From Polyangiales bacterium (lineage in GTDB: Bacteria > Myxococcota_A > Polyangia > Polyangiales > Ga0077539), in assembly GCA_044229975.1 (NCBI GenBank), contig JBGARZ010000002.1, positions 320,001 through 384,000 of the forward strand: a DNA stretch of 64,000 nt, given 5' to 3'. Positions 29,357 through 37,341 of this stretch are shown one piece after another (the first letter of the stretch is position 1; every line of letters starts with the position of its first letter). Below the pieces are notes generated by a model. It ran no database searches. It was not told where the DNA came from and saw nothing but the letters and a program-made list of their open reading frames with translations. Made by a program: the position numbers and the translations under genes.

Positions 29357-30820
29357 TCAGCGGCGGGGGACGAGGCCGCGCAGCAGTGTGTCGATGGCGG
29401 GGCCGAACGGGGGGCGCAGGAGAAACGATCCGTTGACGCGTCGCTGATGGAAGACGGGCTTCATCCTCGACATGGTCTCGAAGCCCTCGCGACCGTGGTA
29501 GGCGCCCATGCCGCTCGGGCCGACGCCGCCGAACGGAAGGTCTTCCTGGGCGAAGTGGATCATCGTCTCGTTGACCGCGACGCCGCCCGACACGGTGCGA
29601 TCGATCACGGCCTGCACGGCGGCGCTGTCGTCGCCGAAGGGGTAGAGCGCGAGCGGTCGCGGGCGGTCGTTGATGTACGCGATGGCGTCGTCGAGCGTGT
29701 CGTAGGGGACCACCGGGAGCAGCGGCCCGAAGATCTCCTCGTGCATCACCTCCATGCTGTCGTCGACGTCGACGAGCAGCACCGGCCCGAGCTTGCGGCC
29801 GCCCTCGAAGGACTCCCCCGCCGCGAGCTCGATGACGGTGGCGCCGCGGGCGCGGGCGTCGTCGATGAGCGCGCGGAGGCGGGCGTGGTGGTGATCGTTG
29901 ACGATGGAGGTGTAGTCCGCGTTGTTGGCGAAGGTGGGATAGAGCTTCGCGGCGACGGCGCGGCACTCGGCCACGAAGGCGTCGCGCTCACCGCGCTGCA
30001 CCAGCGCGTAGTCGGGCGCGATGCAGGTCTGGCCCGCGTTGAAGAGCTTGCCGCCGATGAGGCTCGGGACGAGGCGCGACAACGGCGCACCGGGCGTGAA
30101 GACGGCGGGCGACTTGCCACCGAGCTCCAGCACGACGGGGGTGAGGTTCTCCGCGGCGGCGCGCATGATGTGCTTGCCGACGCGCGTGGAGCCCGTGAAG
30201 AAGAGGAGATCGAAGGGGAGCGCGGAGAAGTTCGCCGAGAGCTTCGGGCCGCCCTGAACGACCGCCACCTGCTCCGGGGGGAAGCACTCGCGGACGATGT
30301 CGGCGATGAGCGCGCTGATGCGGGGGACGAACTCCGAGGGCTTGAGCATCACGCGGTTGCCCGCCGCGAGGGCGTAGACGAGCGGGGCGCCGAGGAGCTG
30401 GAAGGGGTAGTTCCAGGGGCCGATGATGCCGACGACGCCGAGGGGCTGCGGGACGATCTCGGCGCGCCCCGGCTGGAAGAGCCAGCGCACGGGGCGGGGC
30501 GAGACGTTCATCCAGTCGGCTAGGTGCTCGCGCGTGTGCTGGATGGACTGGAGCGTGACGAAGAGCTCGGCGATGAGGGTCTCGTGCCGCGAGCGATGAC
30601 CGAAGTCCTCGGCGATGGCGCGGATGATGTCCTCCTGACGGCGGAGCATCACGTCGGCGAGGCGCTGGAGGTCGCCCATGCGCTCGTCATAGGTGCGGGC
30701 CTTCCCGCGGCGGGACGCGCGGTGCATCGGATCGAAGATCGCGCGCAGGTCGGCGGCGGTGGGCTCCGGCGCTTCGACGGGGCGGGGCGGGGTCGGGTCG
30801 AGGGAGACGTCGGTGCTCAT
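29357..30820 (-). CDS. Aldehyde dehydrogenase (coniferyl aldehyde dehydrogenase-like, ALDH3 group)
   Basis: PWNYP, FTGS, LELGGKSP, NAGQTCIAPDY, EEIFGP, PFGGVGPSG. Confidence 0.93.
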   Translation of the reverse strand: MSTDVSLDPTPPRPVEAPEPTAADLRAIFDPMHRASRRGKARTYDERMGDLQRLADVMLRRQEDIIRAIAEDFGHRSRHETLIAELFVTLQSIQHTREHLADWMNVSPRPVRWLFQPGRAEIVPQPLGVVGIIGPWNYPFQLLGAPLVYALAAGNRVMLKPSEFVPRISALIADIVRECFPPEQVAVVQGGPKLSANFSALPFDLLFFTGSTRVGKHIMRAAAENLTPVVLELGGKSPAVFTPGAPLSRLVPSLIGGKLFNAGQTCIAPDYALVQRGERDAFVAECRAVAAKLYPTFANNADYTSIVNDHHHARLRALIDDARARGATVIELAAGESFEGGRKLGPVLLVDVDDSMEVMHEEIFGPLLPVVPYDTLDDAIAYINDRPRPLALYPFGDDSAAVQAVIDRTVSGGVAVNETMIHFAQEDLPFGGVGPSGMGAYHGREGFETMSRMKPVFHQRRVNGSFLLRPPFGPAIDTLLRGLVPRR

Positions 30821-30836
30821 GGTCTCGCTCCGGGTC

Positions 30837-31316
30837 TCAGCCGAGCGCGGCGTTGATGGCGGAGCGCAGCTCCTGCGACTCGGGCGAGGCGCCCGACCCG
30901 AAGCGCCCGACGATGGCGCCGTCACGACCGATGAGGAACTTCTCGAAGTTCCACTTCACGTCGCCCGGCGGGGTCGAGGCGGTGGTGAGCCATTGGTAGA
31001 GCGGGTGCTGCCCGGGGCCCTTCACCACGATCTTCGACGCCATGGGGAAGGTGACGTTGTAGTTGGTCTCGCAGAAGGTCTTGATCTCCGCGTCGGTGCC
31101 GGGCTCCTGCGCGCCGAACTCGTTGGCGGGCACGCCGAGCACCATCAACCCGCGGCCCTCCAGCTCCTTGTAGAGGCCCTGGAGCCCCTTGTACTGCGGG
31201 GTGTATCCGCAGCGGCTCGCCACGTTGACCAGCAGGACGACCTTGCCCTTGAGGTCGCTCAGCGCGTGCTCGACGCCGTTGATGTCGGTCAGCTTGAAGT
31301 CATGGAGCGTCGTCAT
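30837..31316 (-). CDS. Glutathione peroxidase (Cys-type)
   Basis: VNVASRCGYT, PANEFGAQEPG, KWNFEKFL; AGGAG RBS. Confidence 0.95.
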   Translation of the reverse strand: MTTLHDFKLTDINGVEHALSDLKGKVVLLVNVASRCGYTPQYKGLQGLYKELEGRGLMVLGVPANEFGAQEPGTDAEIKTFCETNYNVTFPMASKIVVKGPGQHPLYQWLTTASTPPGDVKWNFEKFLIGRDGAIVGRFGSGASPESQELRSAINAALG

Positions 31317-31395
31317 GGTGGGGTTGATCTCCTGCGGTGGTTGCGAGCGATCGAAGCGCGGCGCGCATCGGCGCCGTCTCAGGGCTACTGACGCC

Positions 31396-32184
31396 TCAGC
31401 GGGCGATCGTCCAGAGGGTGGGATACCTGGTCGCCGTGAAGCCGAACGCAAAGGGGCGCTCGTCGGTGCTGGCGGCGATGCACGGCCCGCCCGAGGCGTC
31501 GGTGACGCGCACCATGCGCCCGCCAGCGCAGGGCACGGCCGCGAGCTGTGACGGGTCGAAGGGCGCCACGCGCCACGAGGGGTCGGCGAAGAGCTCGCCG
31601 AAGAGCTCGCGCTGCCCCTCTTCGATCTCGGCCTCGGGGACGTCGAGGGCACGCGCGAGCTCGCGGGTCTTGAGCGCCGTGAGCGACATGATGGCGTTGA
31701 GCTGACGGCCGACCAGCGCCGCGTGGACCTCCTGCGCGAGCCCGACCAGCGCACGCGCATCGGCCTCACCCGGGGGCGTCGCGGGAGCGTCCTGCCAGGC
31801 CCAGCGGCCGTACGCGCGCTCGGCCGGGACCGTGAACTGCCGCTCCCACACGCTGGTGAGCGTTCCGGGCTCGACGGGCATCAGCCCTTCGTCCCAGCGA
31901 AAGCTCGCGAGCACGCCTGCGGGGCCGGGATCAGTACCGTGCTCGCCCGCAATGAGCTTCACGGTGACGCCGCGCGCCCCACCGATCGCCTTGCCCTCAT
32001 CGTCGGTCATCGGGGTGAGCGAGAGACCGAGCTGGTTGGAGCCCTCGATGATGGACGGGTTGAGCTTCGTCTGGACGCGGCGCTCGGCGCCGGCCCACTC
32101 GTTGAAGACATCGATGCCGTTGAGGGTGACCTGGGCGACCAGGCCTTCACACTCGATGTCGAGGAGGTAGATCCAGTGGGGCAT
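31396..32184 (-). CDS. Hypothetical protein
   Basis: 262 aa ORF with normal composition and GC3 bias; no recognised motif. Confidence 0.75.
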   Translation of the reverse strand: MPHWIYLLDIECEGLVAQVTLNGIDVFNEWAGAERRVQTKLNPSIIEGSNQLGLSLTPMTDDEGKAIGGARGVTVKLIAGEHGTDPGPAGVLASFRWDEGLMPVEPGTLTSVWERQFTVPAERAYGRWAWQDAPATPPGEADARALVGLAQEVHAALVGRQLNAIMSLTALKTRELARALDVPEAEIEEGQRELFGELFADPSWRVAPFDPSQLAAVPCAGGRMVRVTDASGGPCIAASTDERPFAFGFTATRYPTLWTIAR

Positions 32185-32244
32185 TGGGCGGGACGCGGAT
32201 GCTACGGGCCTTCACCGCCGCGGCTCAAGGGAGCCCAGAATTAG

Positions 32245-32279
32245 ATCAACCCACTCGTCATTGCTGACGGTGGGTTGAT
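32245..32279 (-). terminator. Hairpin immediately after tRNA-Leu
   Basis: ATCAACCCAC-T-CGTCA-ttgc-TGACG-GTGGGTTGAT; followed on minus strand by CTAATTCT. Confidence 0.7.
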
Positions 32280-32282
32280 GCC

Positions 32283-32367
32283 TGGTGCGAGCGAAAGGAC
32301 TTGAACCTTCACGGTGTTACCCGCTGGAACCTGAATCCAGTGCGTCTGCCAATTCCGCCACGCTCGC
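32283..32367 (-). tRNA. tRNA-Leu(CAG)
   Basis: GCGAGCGTGGCGGAATTGGCAGACGCACTGGATTCAGGTTCCAGCGGGTAACACCGTGAAGGTTCAAGTCCTTTCGCTCGCACCA; long variable arm, encoded CCA. Confidence 0.97.
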
Positions 32368-32382
32368 GACGTAGGGAGGCGG

Positions 32383-32411
32383 TGAGTACAGCGCTCCCCC
32401 ACCGTCGTCAA
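32383..32411 (-). promoter_or_regulatory. Putative sigma70 promoter of tRNA-Leu
   Basis: TTGACG-17 nt-TACTCA just upstream of the tRNA. Confidence 0.45.
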
Positions 32412-32552
32412 CAACCAAACTCCATCGGCCTCTCGGCGCGTCGCCGACTACGCAGCCGCGACGTCTGCATCGCGTTCATCGCTTCGCACCAACGGTGCGG
32501 CCACACACCGTGAAATCCTTGCGATGCCGCACATCCCCATCTCGCGGACGGG

Positions 32553-32568
32553 TGGCACGCGCACTGCT
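32553..32568 (+). promoter_or_regulatory. Putative sigma54 (-24/-12) promoter
   Basis: TGGCACG-CGCA-CTGCT, exact GG-N10-GC spacing, 31 nt above ATG 32600. Confidence 0.7.
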
Positions 32569-32599
32569 GAAGCGTCCGCCGAACGGAGCATCGACCCAT

Positions 32600-32803
32600 A
32601 TGGCGTTTAGCGACGAGTGGATGGCGGGTGGGGTGACGGAGGGGTCGGAGCAGGCGCTTCAGGTGCTGGCCCGGAGCATCGTTCGGGAGATGAAGCGCTC
32701 GGGGTATTCGAAGGCCCAGATGGTCGGCCTCGCGAGTGAGGTGATCGGTCTCGTGAGCCGCGATCTGCGCGCCGAGTCGAGCGTCGGCGACGCCCAGGAC
32801 TGA
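32600..32803 (+). CDS. Small helical hypothetical protein (67 aa)
   Basis: MAFSDEW...LARSIVREMKRSGYSKAQMVGLASEVIGLVS; GGAG RBS; amphipathic helix-turn-helix pattern. Confidence 0.78.
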   Translation: MAFSDEWMAGGVTEGSEQALQVLARSIVREMKRSGYSKAQMVGLASEVIGLVSRDLRAESSVGDAQD

Positions 32804-32817
32804 GCGCTTTCGCGTCC

Positions 32818-32846
32818 TTGCCATCGGTGGGGCTTCTGACTACGGT
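32818..32846 (+). promoter_or_regulatory. Putative sigma70 promoter of gap operon
   Basis: TTGCCA-17 nt-TACGGT. Confidence 0.55.
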
Positions 32847-32892
32847 GCCGCCGCCGCGCGGACCGACGGAGGCTCCGCCGAGGAGGACATCG

Positions 32893-33918
32893 ATGGCTCG
32901 CAAGATCGCAATCAACGGGTTCGGCCGCATCGGCCGTTGTGTGCTCCGGGCGCTGAAGCAGTCGGGCAACCACGACCTCGACGTGGTCGCCATCAACGAC
33001 CTCACCGACTCCAAGACCCTCGCCCACCTGCTGCGTCACGACTCGGTGCACGGCGGCTTCAAGGGCGACGTGAAGGTCACCGAGAAGGGCCTCTCGGTCG
33101 CCGGCGACGACATCGCCGTGTTCGCCGAGAAGGACCCGGCGAAGCTCCCGTGGAAGGCGCTCGGCGTCGACGTGGTGCTGGAGTGCACCGGTCGCTTCAC
33201 CGACGGTGCGGGCTGCGGCAAGCACATCGAGGCGGGCGCGAAGCGGGTGCTGCTCTCGGCGCCCACCAAGGGCGAGACCGACACCGACATCTTCACCCTC
33301 GTCTACGGGGTCAACCACACCGCGTACGACCCGGCGAAGTTCAAGATCATCTCCAACGCGTCGTGCACCACCAACTGCCTCGCCCCGATGGCCAAGGTCC
33401 TCCACGAGACCTTCGGCATCGTGAAGGGCCAGATGACCACGGTGCACAGCTACACCAACGACCAGGTCATCCTCGACGCCCCCCACAAGGACCTCCGTCG
33501 CGCCCGCGCCGCCGCGAGCAACATCATCCCGACCTCGACGGGCGCCGCCCGCGCGGTGGGCCTCGTGCTGCCGGAGCTCAAGGGCCGCATCGACGGCTTC
33601 GCCATCCGCGTCCCGACGGTGGACGTGTCGATGGTGGTGCTCTCCGCCGTGGTCGGCCGCAAGACCACCAAGGATGAGGTCAACAACGCGCTCCGCGCCG
33701 CCGCCGAGGGTCCCCTCAAGGGCGTGCTCGCGGTGAGCGACGAGCCGCTCGTGTCGGGCGACTACATCGGCAACCCGGCGAGCTCCACCATCGACCTCGC
33801 GCTCACGCAGGTCATCGACGGCGACTTCGTCTCGGTGAGCTCCTGGTACGACAACGAGTGGGGCTTCTCGGTGCGCATGCTCGACGTGATGAAGTACCTC
33901 GCGTCGGCGGAAGGCTGA
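32893..33918 (+). CDS. gap: Type I glyceraldehyde-3-phosphate dehydrogenase
   Basis: INGFGRIGR, ASCTTNCL, WYDNEWG; AGGAGG RBS. Confidence 0.98.
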   Translation: MARKIAINGFGRIGRCVLRALKQSGNHDLDVVAINDLTDSKTLAHLLRHDSVHGGFKGDVKVTEKGLSVAGDDIAVFAEKDPAKLPWKALGVDVVLECTGRFTDGAGCGKHIEAGAKRVLLSAPTKGETDTDIFTLVYGVNHTAYDPAKFKIISNASCTTNCLAPMAKVLHETFGIVKGQMTTVHSYTNDQVILDAPHKDLRRARAAASNIIPTSTGAARAVGLVLPELKGRIDGFAIRVPTVDVSMVVLSAVVGRKTTKDEVNNALRAAAEGPLKGVLAVSDEPLVSGDYIGNPASSTIDLALTQVIDGDFVSVSSWYDNEWGFSVRMLDVMKYLASAEG

Positions 33919-33926
33919 TCGCACCG

Positions 33927-35123
33927 ATGGCGCCGCTGCTCGATCGCATCGCCTCCGTCGACTCGCTCGACGTCGCCTCGCGCCGGGTGTTCGTGCGCGT
34001 GGACTTCAACGTCCCGCTCACCGAAGACGGACAGGTCGCCGACGACACGCGCATCCGCGAGGCGCTGCCGACCATCCGTCACCTCGTCGCGGCCGGAGCG
34101 CGCGTCGTGCTCGCCTCGCACCTCGGTCGCCCGAAGAAGGGGCGCGACCCGAAGCTCTCCCTCGCCGCCGCAGGCGAGAAGCTCGCCGAGCTCGTCGGGC
34201 AGGAGATCGTCCTCACCGACGACTGCATCGGCGACGGCGCGCGGCGCGTGGTGCACGACCTCCGCGACGGCCGCATCGCCCTCCTCGAAAACCTCCGCTT
34301 CCACCCCGAGGAGGAGGCCAACGACGAGGGCTTCGCACGCGAGCTCGCGCGGCTCTGCGACTTCTACGTCGAAGACGCGTTCGGCGCCGTGCACCGCGCC
34401 CACGCCAGCACCGACGCGCTCCCGCGGCTCGTGGGCAAGTGCGCTGCGGGCTTCCTCCTGATGAAGGAGCTCAAGGCCCTCGGCGCGCTCGCGGCGGGGC
34501 CCGAGCGGCCGTACCTCGCGGTGCTCGGCGGCGCGAAGGTGAGCGACAAGATCGCCGTCATCGAGGCGCTCTTCCAGAAGGTCGACGCGCTGCTCATCGG
34601 TGGCGCGATGGCCAACACCTTCCTCGCGGCGCAGGGCAAGGCGATGGGGCGAAGCCTCGTCGAGCACGACAAGCTCCCACTCGCGCGCGAGCTCATGGCG
34701 AAGGCGGTGCAGAAGCGCGTTCAGTTGGTGCTGCCGACGGACGTGGTCGCGGCCACGCACCCCGGCGCGGCCGAGGGCAAGGTCGTGGCGACGGACGGCG
34801 TCGGCCCCGATGAGATGGCGCTCGACATCGGTCCTGCGACGGTGGCTGCCTTCCGCGAGCGGCTCTTGCGCGCCAAGAGCGTCTTCTGGAATGGCCCCAT
34901 GGGCTTCTTCGAGAAGGCGCCGTTCTCCCACGGGAGCGTTGGGGTGGCGAAGGCGATCGCCGAGGCGTCGGCGTTCTCGGTGGTGGGCGGCGGCGACTCG
35001 GTCGCGGCGGTGCATCAGGCCGGCCTCGCCGATCGCTTCACCCACGTCTCCACGGGCGGCGGCGCGAGCCTGGAGCTCATCGAGGGACGCACGCTTCCCG
35101 GCGTCGAGGCGCTCCGGTCGTGA
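33927..35123 (+). CDS. pgk: Phosphoglycerate kinase
   Basis: RVDFNVP, SHLGRP, LENLRF, GGAKVSDK, STGGGASLE. Confidence 0.98.
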   Translation: MAPLLDRIASVDSLDVASRRVFVRVDFNVPLTEDGQVADDTRIREALPTIRHLVAAGARVVLASHLGRPKKGRDPKLSLAAAGEKLAELVGQEIVLTDDCIGDGARRVVHDLRDGRIALLENLRFHPEEEANDEGFARELARLCDFYVEDAFGAVHRAHASTDALPRLVGKCAAGFLLMKELKALGALAAGPERPYLAVLGGAKVSDKIAVIEALFQKVDALLIGGAMANTFLAAQGKAMGRSLVEHDKLPLARELMAKAVQKRVQLVLPTDVVAATHPGAAEGKVVATDGVGPDEMALDIGPATVAAFRERLLRAKSVFWNGPMGFFEKAPFSHGSVGVAKAIAEASAFSVVGGGDSVAAVHQAGLADRFTHVSTGGGASLELIEGRTLPGVEALRS

Positions 35124-35896
35124 CGTCCCCAGAGCGTCGGCCGCTCGTCGCGGGCAACTGGAAGATGCACCGCACCGTGGCGGAGTCGGTCGCGCTCGCG
35201 CGTGGTCTGGCGGACGCGGCGCGCATCGGCCCGCGCACCGACGTGGTGGTGGCGCCGGTGTTCACGGCCCTGCACGCGGTGGCCAAGGCCCTGGAGGGCA
35301 CTGCGATCGGGCTCGCCGGGCAGTGCTGCCACTGGGAAGACCAGGGCGCCTTCACGGGGGAGATCGCTCCGCCGATGTTGAAGGACGTCGGTTGTCAGTG
35401 GTGCCTCGTCGGGCACTCGGAGCGGCGGCAGCTCTTCGGCGAGACCGACGCGATGGTGCACAAGAAGACCCAGGCGCTGCGGCGTCACGGGCTACGGCCG
35501 ATCGTGTGCGTGGGCGAGACCCTGGCCGAGCGCGAGTCGGGGGTGACCTTCGACGTGCTCCGTCGCCAGTGGCAGGGCGCGCTCGGGACGCTGGAAGGCG
35601 ACGAGGCGCGGGCCTTCGTGGGTGACATCGTGCTGGCCTACGAGCCGGTGTGGGCCATCGGGACGGGTCGCACGGCGAAGGCTTCGGACGCCCAGTCGGC
35701 GCACGCGTACCTGCGCGATCGCATCCGCAACGACCTGGGTGAGGTCGCAGATCGCGTCCGAATCCTGTATGGGGGCAGCGTGAAGGCCGACAACGCCGCC
35801 GAGCTCCTGGCCCAGCCTGACGTGGACGGCCTCCTCGTGGGCGGCGCGTCCCTCGACGCAGCGGGCTTCGCACGAATCATCCAGGCCGCGGGATAA
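35120..35896 (+). CDS. tpiA: Triose-phosphate isomerase
   Basis: AGNWKM, GHSERR, AYEPVWAIGTG, YGGSV, VGGASL. Confidence 0.98.
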   Translation: MTSPERRPLVAGNWKMHRTVAESVALARGLADAARIGPRTDVVVAPVFTALHAVAKALEGTAIGLAGQCCHWEDQGAFTGEIAPPMLKDVGCQWCLVGHSERRQLFGETDAMVHKKTQALRRHGLRPIVCVGETLAERESGVTFDVLRRQWQGALGTLEGDEARAFVGDIVLAYEPVWAIGTGRTAKASDAQSAHAYLRDRIRNDLGEVADRVRILYGGSVKADNAAELLAQPDVDGLLVGGASLDAAGFARIIQAAG

Positions 35897-35925
35897 CCTC
35901 CGGCACCATCGAGAGTTCTTCGTCC

Positions 35926-36396
35926 ATGCAAACGCTCCTCACCATCGTCCATGTGTTCGTGTGCCTCTTCCTCGTCGCGGTCGTGCTCCTCCAGTCGGGG
36001 CGCTCCGGGGGCATGGGCGTGCTGTCCGGCGCGGCGACGCAGACCGTCTTCGGCGGCCGCGGCGCGAGCGGCTTCCTCGCGAAGGCCACCAGCGCCTGCG
36101 CGATGCTGTTCATGCTGACGTCGGCGTCGCTCGCGTACCTGAGCACCTCGGGCCGCGACCCGCTCGCCCGCCGCCCGCGCAACAACGGCGCGATCACCGC
36201 CCCGGTTACGCCGCGGCCCGCGACGCCCGCCGCTCCGACCGCGGTGCCGATCCCCGCTCCGACCAACGCTCCGGCGGCGCCTGCTCCGGCGGCTGCGCCC
36301 GCGGCACCGGCCGCGCCTGCCCCGGCGGCGGCCCCTGCGGCTGCGCCTGTCGCTCCGGCGGCTCCCGCCGCGCCTGCTCCCGCTCCCGCGCACTGA
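35926..36396 (+). CDS. secG: Preprotein translocase subunit SecG with long Pro/Ala tail
   Basis: VVLLQSGRSGGMG...FGGRGA...two TMs; follows tpiA. Confidence 0.93.
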   Translation: MQTLLTIVHVFVCLFLVAVVLLQSGRSGGMGVLSGAATQTVFGGRGASGFLAKATSACAMLFMLTSASLAYLSTSGRDPLARRPRNNGAITAPVTPRPATPAAPTAVPIPAPTNAPAAPAPAAAPAAPAAPAPAAAPAAAPVAPAAPAAPAPAPAH

Positions 36397-36410
36397 TCCC
36401 CTCCACATCG

Positions 36411-36456
36411 CGACGAGTTCGTTGGCGCGGAACGATGGTTCCGCGACGAGCCGTCG
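36411..36456. terminator. Long imperfect hairpin between convergent genes
   Basis: CGACG-a-GTTCGT-tgg-CGCGGAAC-gatg-GTTCCGCG-ACGAGC-CGTCG; no U tract. Confidence 0.5.
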
Positions 36457-36571
36457 TGCCTTGACGACCGGGACGTGAGCGGGCGTGCCCCTCCGCTTCG
36501 CCACGGGTGAGGGCGTATTGGGTGAGCCTGGCGGGGGCTTGGGAAGGGAGGAGGACGGGGAAGGGGACGGG

Positions 36572-37240
36572 CTAGCGGCCGAAGACCTGGACGCCGAACT
36601 CGCCAGCGCCGCTGAACATCAGCACTTCGAGGCGGTACTGACCCGCGGCCGTGGGGCAGAGCTGACGCTGCAACCCGATGACGGGGAAGTTGTCCGTCGC
36701 GATGTCCTGATCGACCATCTCGTTGGTCGGATCGTAGAGCTTGAGGTCGAGGTCGGAGACCCCGGGGCCGCCCACGCCGATGATCTTGTAACACTGGCCC
36801 GGGACCATGTTGACCGCGTAGTTCTGCGATCCGCCGGTGGCGAGCGTGCCGCGCGTGAGGGGCAGCACGGCGGCCATGCCCGTCGCGAACTGGGCCTGCC
36901 GCTGCGACATCTGGCCGGCGATGAAGTCGCCGCCCGCCGCCATCGGTTGCATGCCGGGCTGCGCCGTCGGATCAGCAGGCTGCATGCCCGGCTGCACAGG
37001 GGGCGGAACTCCCGGCTGCATACCGGGCTGCGGCATCGCAGGCTGCGGCATGGTCGGCTGCGCCGCGGGCTGCATGCCAGGCTGCGCGACGGGCGCCGGG
37101 GCCGCGACGGGTGCCGTGGTCGGCGCGGTAGTCGGCGCTGGGGTGGGAGTGTTGTCGTTGTTGTTGCGGCGGCTACGACAGTTGTACGAGACCAGCACGC
37201 TCGCGATCGTCACACCGCGCAGGATCCACTTCGACGTCAT
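36572..37240 (-). CDS. Exported (possibly lipo-) protein with QPGM repeats and small beta-sandwich C-terminal domain
   Basis: GAGGAGG RBS; signal ending SYNC; GQCYKIIGVG...DLDLKLYD (PPC-like). Confidence 0.82.
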   Translation of the reverse strand: MTSKWILRGVTIASVLVSYNCRSRRNNNDNTPTPAPTTAPTTAPVAAPAPVAQPGMQPAAQPTMPQPAMPQPGMQPGVPPPVQPGMQPADPTAQPGMQPMAAGGDFIAGQMSQRQAQFATGMAAVLPLTRGTLATGGSQNYAVNMVPGQCYKIIGVGGPGVSDLDLKLYDPTNEMVDQDIATDNFPVIGLQRQLCPTAAGQYRLEVLMFSGAGEFGVQVFGR

Positions 37241-37341
37241 CGGACTTCCTCCTCGGGCCTTCGGACACCAGGTCGAACGAGGCGGAACATCCCTACCCGT
37301 CACCCATGTCGGATGCCGCGGACGCTACGCCGATTGGGCCT

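Noticed and set aside
30837..31316. Possible selenocysteine glutathione peroxidase
   Set aside because: Active-site codon is TGC (Cys); no in-frame TGA
32283..32367. Genomic island integrated at tRNA-Leu
   Set aside because: No integrase, no duplicated tRNA 3' end noticed, no clear GC shift
36397..36571. tRNA or ncRNA after secG
   Set aside because: No cloverleaf or T-loop; only a hairpin and G-rich tract
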